NCBI GenBank assembly: GCA_002269645.1
Contig: NIVC01002320.1
Location: 62,001-126,000, forward strand
DNA from: Macrostomum lignano
Lineage: Eukaryota
Length of the DNA: 64,000 nt
Direction of reading: 5' to 3'
Shown: positions 9,401 to 20,299 of the stretch, one piece after another
How the letters are laid out: every line of letters starts with the position of its first letter
Position numbering within the stretch: the stretch's first letter is position 1
Program-made: the position numbers and the translations under genes
The notes under the pieces: generated by a model
The model's input: only the letters and a program-made list of their open reading frames with translations
Databases searched by the model: none
What the model was told of the DNA's origin: nothing

Positions 9401-12400
9401 ATGGCGCAGCTCTTGGCGCTGTGCGCTCTGTGTGCAGCTCTTTGTGCTCTTGGAGGCGGTGAGTTGTCTGTCTGCCTTCAATGTCAGATATATTGTAAGC
9501 CTTCATCACTCATGTGAAGCCCCTGCTCTCTTACAGCGGCGAGCTCCAACAAGTTCGACATCACGACAACAAACATCGCGGCTTCCTGGCAGTCGTCAGA
9601 ATACTTCAACAGGTGCTTCAGAGACACGGCTGTTCTTGAGCAGTGGGATTACTTTCACACAACGGGCACCCCAGACTCTCATGGATACCAGTGGCTGCTC
9701 ATTAAGCTGTCCCGTGCAATCCGTGTGCAATCAGTCACTGTCTATGGCAGGGCAGCAGGTGAGTTGTCTTGTCCACTTCTGTCTCTTCCGCTTCACTTCT
9801 TTCTTACTTCTCTTCTCACTGCAGAGCCCAGCAGAGCAGAGAAGATCGAGATTCTGCTGAGTGACAGACTGCCACCGGGTCTGAATGCGAGCAATGGCAG
9901 TTGCTATGGGACTCTGTCCGGTAGCTTGAGCTCGCTCACTCAGTGCGGAGTCACCCAGCGTGAGCAGACTCAGACTCACAAGGTGGCTTGCAGCTACTCT
10001 GACTGCCCGAATGTAGGTTTATCTCCATCTACTCTGTTGTTGCTGAGTGCAAATTGGTGCAAATAGGTGCGATTAGGACGTGCAAATAGGTTCGAATAGG
10101 AGGTGCAAATAGGTGTGATAAGAAGGTGCAAATAGGTGAAAATAGGTGCAAATAGGTGCAAATAGGAGGTGCAAATAGGTGCAAATAGGTGCAAATAGGT
10201 GCAAAAAGGTGCAAATAGGTGCGATTAGGAGGTGCAAATAGGTGCAAATAGGTGAAAATAAATTCAAATAGGTGCAAATAGGTGCAAATGGGTGCAAATA
10301 GGTGCAAATAGGTGCAAATAGGTGCAAAATGGCGCAAATAGGTGCAAATAGGTGCAATTAGGCGCAAATAGGTGCAAATAGGTGCAAATAGGTGCAAATA
10401 GGTGCGATTAGGAGGTGCAAATAGGTGCGATTAGAAGGTGCAAATAGGTGCAAATAGGTGCGATTAGGAGGTGCAAATAGGTGCAAATAGGTGCAAATAA
10501 ATTGGTGCCAATAGCTGCAAAAAATGGGTAAATCACACGAAATTTCAGGTGACTGAGTACATCTTGCTAAGGAAGAACGTTCGAAACGAATCTGATAAGT
10601 ACATGAACTTTCAAGCTCTGGAAGTCGAAGAGGGTACGACTTTAGTTGATTAAAGCTTAATTATGCCTTTATAGGACATTGTTGACTTTAAACAGACTTT
10701 CTCTCTTTCAGCATCTCAGAATGCGCAGATTTATAGGTGTGAAGTGTCTGGCAGAAACCTCAGTAACTGCAGACTCAATGCTTTGCAAACTTTGAAAAAT
10801 GGCGACAGAGTTTATATGAAAGTCTGCCCACCGTGTCAGCTTCCGACAACTGATGCGGCATCTTGTCACATTGCTGCTCCAAGTGGCAATATCACACAGC
10901 TGAGAGTTGTGAGCTCACGGATGAATTTATTTCTTTTAAAATGATTTTCACGGACTATTTGACTAAATAATAGGAATAAGTGAAATGAGCAATGATGAAT
11001 GTTAACACTTTATTTTTTATACGATTGTAGCCAGTTTCTTAATGTTCTTTCACCATTTTCAGCATGGGCACCCAGACTCCAATTTAATTGTAATCTTCAC
11101 ATCGACTGCGGAAAGTCAAGGAGGAAACTTCACGTGCAGCTTTGATTGCTTGAGCGAGTTGCCTCAGTCAGCAACTGAACCAATCGGTTTCTTTGGTATG
11201 CAGCTTTTGTGTGTACTTTTTACCTCAGACAGGTGAATTCGTAAAGCAACCTTCTACTGTTCAAACTGTTGTAATCTAGGATATTGGTATTTTGCTAGCA
11301 GCCTACTATCAGGTGCAGTACAAATGACACCCTAAAAGCAGGTTGCAGTGCAAATGACACCCTAAAAGCAGGTTGCAGTGCAAATGACACCCTAAAAGCA
11401 GGTTGCAGTGCAAATGACACCCTAAAAGCAGGTTGCAGTGCAAATGACACCCTAAAAGCAGGTGCAGTACAAATGACACCCTAGCAGCAGGTGCAGTGCA
11501 ACTGGCACTCTAGCAGCAGGTGCAGTACAAATGGTACCCTAGCAGCAGGTGCAGTACAAATGACACCCCAGCAGCAGGTGCAGTACAAATGGCAGCCTAG
11601 CAGCAGGTGCAGTACAAATGACACCCTAGCAGCAGGTGCAGTACAAATGACACCCTAGCAGCAGGTGCAGTACAGATGGCTGCCTAGCAGCAGGTGCAGT
11701 ACAAATGACAGCCTAGCAGCAGGTGCAGTACAAATGGTACCCTAGCAGCAGGTGCAGTACAAATGACACCCTAGCAGCAGGTGCAGTACAAATGGCAGCC
11801 TAGCAGCAGGTGCAGTACAAATGACACCCTTAGCAGCAGGTGGGTCATTTCACGAGAGGGTCGCATCATTTTTTGAACTTTAAGCACTTGTAACTTCTGA
11901 ACCATAATAGGTAAACAAAGCTGCAAAAAGCAATCTGTGTCAAACTTCTAGTTCTATCTTTTTCACAAAGCTGCTTATGAATTCTAAAACAACTGAACAC
12001 ATAGCAGAGCGTCAACCGTCAGCATAGTTTATGCTCTGCTATGTGTTCAGCTGTTGTCCAGGTGCAGTGCAAACGGCTGAGCTCATTTTCTGTTGCAGAG
12101 GAGAAGCCCAGAAGTGTCAGCATTGAGCCCAGCAACGGGGTTCAGATTGGATCAAGGATATTTCTGGCTCCAGGCACGGAGTTTCACTTCAGCTTCATCA
12201 CAGAAGCTGCGTACCCAAGTCCCATCCATGCTTGTAGGCTGGTGAGAACTGCTAAACGGGAAACTACAGAAGATACTTCAGGTGTTCCACTGTATCCCTT
12301 TACAGAGGTGAGAAAATCCTGTGCAATCTTAATACTTTCATTTCCCATTCTTATCTCGTCCCATTAAATTATTTTTCAGAGATCCCTCACTGACGCCTCA

Positions 12401-15400
12401 GCCAACAAAAGCCATGTAATTACCAAGATCTCTGAGTACAGACTCAACATTAGCGCACACAATGCAGCTGAGAAAAAGATACAGTGCGTGTCGGCTGTCG
12501 GTGAAAGCAGTGGAAAATCGGTGAAATCAATTTCGCTGCCTGAGCTTGTAGGTAAGCAAAAATATTGGAGGGAGAGTACTGGCAGGTGATACCTGGAATT
12601 TCTCATATTAGATGAAGATGAGTTGTATTGAAATGATAAAAACTGCAGTTCCAAGCAAGCCAGAGTTTCTGCTACCGCCAATCACGGACTGGAAAGACGG
12701 CCACTCCGTCTCAGTTGCTGTCGACTCAACAACAGACAGCCCTGTTCCAACCAGCCACCGCTGCTTGCTGGAGACTCGAGACGGCAACAGAAGTCTCAAC
12801 GCTACTCAAGTGAGTCTTGCTTTGGTTTTATGCCGTCGTGATGTCGGTTTCGAAAACAAAAACTTTGGCAAAATATTGAATGCGTTTCATCAAATGTCAA
12901 ATATTTGACAAACGTCATGGGCTGCTGAAGTGATTCATTCGGTGTTCTAAGCATGAGCATGTTTACTTTCTTTGAATAAATACGAAATTTCTAAATTGCT
13001 ACAAATTTCGAGTTCTCTTAAAACATTTCCTGTAGTAACTCTGAATCAGTCCATGAGTGTGTGTACAGGACTATCCTTCTCGCATGGTAGAGACTTCTCA
13101 AATCGAAATTCCAGGTAACAAATAAAAGCAGTAAATTCGAGTTGGATGTTGATAGACACTGGGGCAGCCCAGCATCTCTGGTCTGTTTGGTAAATCAATC
13201 TGGGCTGATCCAGACGTGGACTCGACATCGGCTACCGAAGGTGCTCTGTGAGTCTCTGATGCCATGACTTTCTTCACAAGCCTATTACTGCATTTGAAGA
13301 TTAAATCACGATTGCATTTTCGAATTCAGACAAGGCCGAAGGGCTGGCCATCCGTATTTCGTCTGGAGACCTGGTGAGTGATGAAGAAGCCAGCTTCTCA
13401 GTGACTGCATCTGACTCAGGATACCCAGCGGCTCTGCACCAGTGCAGAATCGAGAGCAAGAGCCTCGGAGAAGACAAGGTATGAGGCTGATGTTATTGCT
13501 CATTCAGAGTTCCCAGCCAGCAGTTCAATGCTACAATTTCGGTTGACCATTCCGCAGACTGCAGAGTCAGACGGCTCAACTCAGTGGAGATTCACGCCTC
13601 AGCGAGGGCACAACGGTGAAAGAATCAGATGCGATGTGGTGCAGAAACTGAGTGGCTCTTTGATATTCAGTCAGACTGTCAACAGCTCTAATCTGGATGT
13701 TAACTGTGAGGCTCATGCTTTAATCTGCTGCATGCTGTGATCCCGATCGATACAGTAGGGCTGCTTGCACTTCAGACAAGGCAACTGTCACGTGGCCCAG
13801 AAATATCGCTCCGAAAAAGGAAGGAGAGACTCTGTCATTCGTTGTGCTCGCAGACGGCAACCCAGAGCCCAGCAGTCAGTGCTGGCTGCAGCTGGTTTCT
13901 GGCTCACAGGTGAGTCTTTGATTTGGGATGATGCTGCTTTCTGGCTCACAGGTGAGTCTTTGATTTGGGAGTGATGCTGGTTTCTGGCTCACAGGTGAGT
14001 CTCTGATTTGGGAGTTATGCTGCAGTCTCGGTGTTTCATAATAATCACTATTCTCGTTCCAGGTAGACCTGCATAAGCTGAAGCATTCCATGTTTGAAAG
14101 CACCTTCAACGTCACTGTTGATAGGTCAATGAACCGAGCCAATTTGAGCTGTGTTTTGACTCAACCTGGACTTCCATCTTCAACGGAGCAGAGCTTCACC
14201 CAATTGATCACAGTATTTTGTAAGTTTACAGAATTCATTTTCATAGGGTTCATAAAGAGGTATACAATTTGTAAATGAGTGCGTATCATTTGAGCCAATG
14301 GAAACATTTCCTGTCGCTTCGGAGGCTCTGACTTGAAGCACTTCTTAACTCGTAGAGTGAAAAATAATATCGACCCAATCATCCTACAGATCAGCCTCAG
14401 CCTCCACTCACCATCGACTTGGCTCAGACTGTCTACGAAGGCACCGACGTCACCTTCACGGTGCGGTCGGGCGCTGGAAACCCCAATGTCACCCACAGAT
14501 GCCACGTGTACAACGGAGAAATTGTGAGCGCAATATTTGCTCATCAAATCACCTGAATTGCAGCTTTGGTTTAACACAGAGTTGATCATTCCAGGAAGTT
14601 CAAAACAGCATGAAAATCGAATCGGAGTACTTGACAATGGTGAACTATGCACCCAACAGTCATGACACATTTGTGAGCTGCACGGCCGAGCAGATGCACC
14701 GCTCTGATGTTGTGTTCACCAGCAGCATCAGAAGGAACATCACCGTCAATTGTGAGAAGTCAAATGCTATTTTATTAGCATGCAGCCTGCCATTGACTTG
14801 AAAACCGGAGTATCCACTTTAACTTCAGACTTTGCGCGCAACTCCATGGACATCAGTCCGAGAGAAGGAGTTGTTGCTGGAGATCGAGTCGAAGTGACAC
14901 TCAGCTCTTCTGGTGGCCGGCCTGCCGTCAATCAGCATGAGTGTTCGCTTGGAGGTTCTGAGCTGACAATGAAAAATGTATGCTTTTGAATTGACTGAAA
15001 CCTTCTTCAGGCATCCTAAATGATCAATTTGGGAATTTTTCTACAGGTAACAAGGCGTCCCACCGAAGTGAAGTTCACGTTTCGTGCATCGAAAGAGCAC
15101 CACGGCAAGGTGCTCGCCTGCAAATTCGTACAGGATGAGCGACTGATTGAGTGGAAGAGAGAGAAACTCAGCGTCCTCTGTAAGTACAGTTTGAGTTGTT
15201 TATTGGTGTGAAAGTATGGGGGTATTTTCTACTTTGAAAAGTAACTCGTTAAGCCACACTGATGTAAATGTGCACTGCTTTTTCGCACCTGTAGACAAAG
15301 CGGATTTCGACTCTGAGGTACGAATCATAAATAGAACAGTCAGGTGGAACACGACAGTCCAGTTCAGCATCTCCTACTCTGATGTGGGAAACCCGTCCGC

Positions 15401-17235
15401 CAAGCACTTCTGCAGCATCGGCTCTCGGCCACTCACCGATGCTGAGGTGCGAAAATACTGACCAACATTTTTGTGCCCGCTTTATGTAAGTAACAAGGTA
15501 ATTAGAGGTTGTAATGGAAAACATCTGAAAATACATTTCAGTCGGTTTCGGCATCACAAATATTGTTGCGTTGGAAGTTCAAGGCTCAAGTCGGAGACAA
15601 CGGTCAGAAGATCGTCTGCCAGGTGGTGCAAGATGATCAGCATGGCGGCCGAGTCTTTAACCAAACAGTTGCCAGCCAGACTCTGGATGTGCTCTGTAAA
15701 GATTTTGTTTATCAGTTGTATTTATTGCTTCAATCGAGCTATTTATATTTATTCCAATATATTGAACCACTTTGACTGTCACAACATTGTTTTCTTAATC
15801 TCTCTATCTTTTCAGACCCAGTCAGCTACTCAGGATTTCTATCCCAGCCACCGTCGGTGACGGAGGGCGATCCCTTGGTTATTTCTTTCTTCTCAACTGG
15901 AGGAAACCCCGAGCCTCGTCACCGATGCTGGCTGCAGACACCTGAAGGTCGGATGGACGCAGTCGCTCTAACAGAGGCGAGGACAGGTGTGGACCTCTTG
16001 ACGAACTTCAGTGTGACTTCCGTAAAGCAGATGAATGGAGGATCTGTGTCTTGCCGCGTCTCTCAGATGGGCCTCGAGGACCTGGACAATGAGTTCTCCC
16101 GCAAAATTAATGTTTTCTGTGAGTTCTCTGTCGCGACTGCTCCAATTTTTATAACAATACAAAATCTAATAAAAAAACGTTCGTTTTCCGTTCCAGTCCG
16201 ATCGGAGGTGGATCTGACCGGCTCAAAGATTTCAGGATCCACAGTGGTTGTCAGCATCAATGTGACGGATGGAAACCCGACACCGCTGGTGAACTGCTCG
16301 CTGCTCTCGAGCTCTGAAACTCGATATGTGGGTTCTCAGTGTGCACAGTTGCTCCGCTTCTATTTGCATTGAGTAGCTTTAATGCAGCCGAACCCGTCAT
16401 TTTAGGAGGTGTCCAGGAAGGACTCGACAATGCTGAGAGTCGGACTGCATGAGATAGAAGTCGATCTGCTTTTAAGAGAGCAGCCTCAGTCAGCCAACGT
16501 CACGTGTTCTGTGAAGCAAGACTATGCGGGTTTCAAAAGCAGCAGCCTTGTCTTTTTGGCACTCAAAGCTGACGAGAGTTTTCAAGCTAGCGACCAAGAA
16601 AGTGAGCAGTTCTGTGTAGTCCAGCTTAGCTGCATTACTAAACTATTGTCTTTTAAGTTAATCGTATTGTAATGTCTTATCATATTGCTACTATTGTATT
16701 ATCGCTACAAAAACTGATCAATGCAGACCATGGGAGCCTCAGCTGGAATCAAATGTTTCAAATTCTCTGTCTGTGCGCAGTGGTTGCCGTCGCTAGCTTT
16801 CTTTCTCTGCCTGCCACAGTCTACGTCTGGAGGCGAACTGCATCGCCTCGGTTGGGAATTCAGCGGCAGCACGGAGCAGCCACAGACAGGAGACCAGCTG
16901 ACGTACCTCTGGTCCCTGTGACTGCTGCTGAGCGAGATCCCAATGTAATATTGCTTTTCAGAATTGCTTGCTCATTTTGCTGTTTAATCTGTGTGTGAGG
17001 CTGACAATCTGCGGCACTTTTCAGACCGTCTACTACTATGAGGAGAACCCGGCGCTTCCGGATCGGCCTCCAAGCGTTGAGGAGACGGACTCAAATGTGA
17101 GTCTACTGTCTGAATCTTTGCCAGATGCTCTCAGTGCATGCTCACTGCAGGATTCAGTTCCGTTTATTGCAGATGGCGAACTGTTCTGAGGAGGAGCAGA
17201 CGGCTCAGGGAGCCATCGAATTCTACGTGCAGTGA
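9401..17235 (+). CDS. Receptor copy 1: signal peptide, F-type-lectin/F5-8C-like domain, 10 Ig-like domains, TM and Tyr/Pro tail (~1308 aa, 25 exons)
   Basis: Exons 9401-9458, 9537-9758, 9825-10016, 10712-10908, 11063-11195, 12099-12307, 12380-12551, 12649-12809, 13115-13247, 13330-13478, 13558-13705, 13776-13909, 14063-14219, 14390-14523, 14595-14751, 14829-14977, 15047-15179, 15295-15446, 15542-15695, 15816-16118, 16197-16327, 16406-16601, 16727-16944, 17025-17096, 17173-17235. All are GT-AG and phase-compatible, totalling 3927 nt with no internal stop. Signal MAQLLALCALCAALCALGG; TM MFQILCLCAVVAVASFLSLPATVYVW-RR. The exon 3/4 junction has an alternative phase-0 pair. Confidence 0.85.
10051..10520. 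repeat. 10-nt satellite (AAATAGGTGC)n in intron 3 of copy 1
   Basis: Direct tandem repeats; equivalent array at ~22921-23365 in copy 2; unexpanded in copy 3. Confidence 0.95.
11310..11843. repeat. 29/30-nt minisatellite in intron 5 of copy 1
   Basis: Unit CAGGTGCAGTACAAATGACACCCTAGCAG; also at ~24162-24546 and ~35847-36433. Confidence 0.95.
13891..14020 (+). repeat. 42/43-nt repeat of the exon-12 splice donor, 3 units (copy 1)
   Basis: TTTCTGGCTCACAG|GTGAGT with GT at 13910, 13952 and 13995. Confidence 0.95.
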
Positions 17236-17555
17236 AAGTGATTTGCAAGTTTGCTGCTCAGACTCTGTTTTGGAGAAAACGAAACTGCAGATACGAGAGA
17301 GAGTATTGGCTGACCGTGCCTGCTTATATAGGCTCACTGCATGCTTCCCAGGTTTCTGTGTATAAGACTGGCAATGCTTGTCAGACACTAAGTAGCGATA
17401 TCAAAGAAATATTTTTATTTTCTTTTCTGTCTTGCTGGATAATATTTAAAACAATAACTCGATTTTCTTGAGAATCAAAGATGTCGAATCGAATCAGTGC
17501 CGTCAGTCTTGTGTATGATGGTGACAATGCTCGTCAGGCGCTATGTACGAGGAGC

Positions 17556-18263
17556 GTTGCAAAGGTTTCCGGACTGTGTTTACTGTGAACGACATGAACG
17601 CCCACAACTCCTTGTACAGCTGCTCTAATGAATGAAAAAGCTGCAAAATGATTCGAACTTGTGAGCAATTTTTTTACAATTTATAACAGGTTACACATGG
17701 GCTTTGTTATAACGATTGGGAAATTCAAATTTATCACTTGCTATCGCCGTCTTACTACTGGCGGGGGCTACGACGCCGCGGTTAGGCCGCAAGGCCCCTT
17801 TCGCACGCTATCACCGTCACTTTCACCATTTTCCCCTGCCGCTGACATGCCAGGATGAAGTGCCGTTGGCTCTCCTTTGATCCATAGTTCGAAGGATTTT
17901 TGCTCCGTGCATTGCTTCGTTTGAGTGACCGAAAAATTAACAGCTTAAAAGTACAAGTTGCTCTGTGTACTGTGATATTCCATTAGCAGGTTGTCTGTGG
18001 AAAATGTTTTCAAATCGTTTTATAAAAGCCAGGCATGATTTTGCTCAGCATGTAGAATCGCTCACAGTTTGCTCACAGTTTGCTCAGCATCGCTCACAGT
18101 TTGCTCACAGTTTGCTCAGCATCGCTCACAGTTTGCTCAGCATGTAGAATCGCTCACAGTTTTACCAGTCAACAGAGCGCTGTGCAAGGAGTTGTGGGTA
18201 AAGTTTAGTTTATTCGGACATTGCTGTCGTTCACTGTAAACAGAGTCCGGAAACTTTTGCAAC
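17556..18263. repeat. Degenerate inverted repeat pair (17556-17626 and 18174-18263) downstream of copy 1; possible foldback/MITE remnant
   Basis: The reverse complement of the left arm matches the right arm apart from a ~25-nt insertion. The region is absent at the equivalent position after copy 2. Confidence 0.55.
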
Positions 18264-19287
18264 CCCTCAAAGCGTTCAGGATATTTGCAGAGATTGCATA
18301 GACAAGAGTGATCTTGATTGTCGTCTTCTTGTCTAATAAAGATATTATTATTGTAACAGTAAATCGATTAGCTCCAGGCTTATTAGAGCCGCCAAATTGG
18401 TAAAAGAGTACCAATACCAAGTACCAGTACCAAAGTAACTCTGATTCGCATAACTTTTTGTTTTCGGAGAAACGACCGTCAAGCGATAATTTGCGATCCT
18501 CTGGTCTGCCTTGCCTGGTAGTCGGGGTTGAAGTTTGATTTCGGCCTGGCTCAATGAGACAATGCCTGCCGCATCATTGAGAATAAAATCGAGTTGATGT
18601 CTGGCAGAAGGAATCAAATCGCTTTTATAAGCCTTGGATTTCTTTTTGCAGCCATTGGTGAAGATGAATATCATTGAAATAATCTTTTTACACTTCGATA
18701 TGTTATCCCAGTGCATATTGTTTACATTTTATTCCTGTTTTAAGACTGTCTGACCCACAGCATCAGCTCACTACGTACAATGCTGCCTTTGTTTGCGGTA
18801 TTGGGTTAATTGTTAAATTGCATTATATTGTTAACAGGGCCAGTAAAAATTCAGCATGTGATCTACTGACCCATTACTTTATTAGTCACTCAAGAGCTGT
18901 ACTTCAGTGTTTATCTCTTGCCAAGTGGATCTTGTGTTTGGCAGAGGCATAAACTTATGTTGCAGATGCGAGATTCTGCACCACCTCATATTATTTGCTG
19001 TAGCCGCTCGAAAACACCGTTTTATCAGATTATACACTGCCACACCAACGCATTGGCATTGAAGCAGTGTCAGCCTAGTAAACTTCTTAATGTAAGAAAT
19101 ATTTGGAGTGAACTCCGAAATTGATAAATTTCTAAATATAGTAAACATTTCAGCTCGGATTTTCAACGATTATCTTAGAAAGTTGGATTTTGGCCCCTGT
19201 GAGCCAACCAGTAGTGCGCCTCAGTGCGGCTTTGGCTGCATCTCTGACTTCGGTGGCCACTGGCCTTCCGAAGGACAGAATTCTTTC

Positions 19288-19300
19288 TGATGTGTTTGGG

Positions 19301-19347
<47 letters not shown>

Positions 19348-19863
19348 AGCCCTCAGGGCGGTCCGGGACCGCTGCTCTGACTGGGGAACAGGAAGCCCGG
19401 CAGACCAATGACGTCCTTGGGACGAGTCCAGAGGTCTATCGGAGAAAGATTGGTAGGGTACGCAGGGCAGTTGAAGAGATGTTCGACTGTTTCGTCGGCT
19501 GCGTTGCACCTAGCGCAGATAGGGGCGATGTTAGGATCCAGCTTGGCCTTGTAGGTCGCAAGGAGCGTGCAGTGCCCCGACCGAAGCTGGGAGAGCGTCG
19601 TGTGAAAGGTCCTGCTCAGCAGGCACTCGGAAATGTCGATGGCGGGAGCCGGCTGATTGACAATGTTATTGGTGCGGTTGCTGAGGTAGGTCTGGACGCA
19701 GGCGGAATGGATAACCTTGATGAGCTTGGTTGGCGGAAGAGGATCGGCAGAGATGGCGTTAATGACAGGTTGATGATTGATGAGGAAGCTGGTGGCATGA
19801 GAGCGGAGAGAATTGCGGAGCTGACGATGGGCAGCCGGTTCGGTGGTGATGTATTTGGGAAGT
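19288..19863 (-). mobile_element. 5'-truncated non-LTR retrotransposon (ORF2 C-terminus) with (CA)n tail and target-site duplication
   Basis: LSQLRSGHC...CARC...ETVEHLFNCP...DLWTRP. (GT)n tail at 19303-19344. TSD TGATGT[G/A]TTTGGGAAG at 19288 and 19847. Confidence 0.88.
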
Positions 19864-20299
19864 CGTGTTTTAGATCGTTGGCTCGTTACTCGTATATTTG
19901 TTGAAATAAAGCAAGAGCTTGTCAATCGTTTCGCGCTTGTTCCGATCTCTCTTGCCGCTCAAACGCAGTTTATTAATTGTGGGCCTGTAAGCCAAGCATT
20001 TACCCATAAACTAATACGTGGCTGCTCTCAGCCACACATCACTTTCCAATTGCTAGTAGGACAAAAAACCAAAGACGGAACTAAATGACTAACAAATATC
20101 AGATTAGCAGCAGGCAGACAGTAATTCAAGGACTACTTAAGTAGATAGATGCAACACTCGAAATCTATAGCAATTTTTGTCCGATACATATAGATAACTT
20201 CAGTCGTCCTTTTTTAGGAATGCTACTTCGCTTAAGGAATGCAAGAAACAAGAATATAATTGCAAACATTTGCATTCTTTACAATTGATATTGTTGACG

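Noticed and set aside
9994-10397. HLFAPICTY-repeat ORFs (also 22944-23258) and SQKPASS/NQRLTCEP ORFs (38638-39718)
   Set aside because: Antisense translations of intronic satellites.
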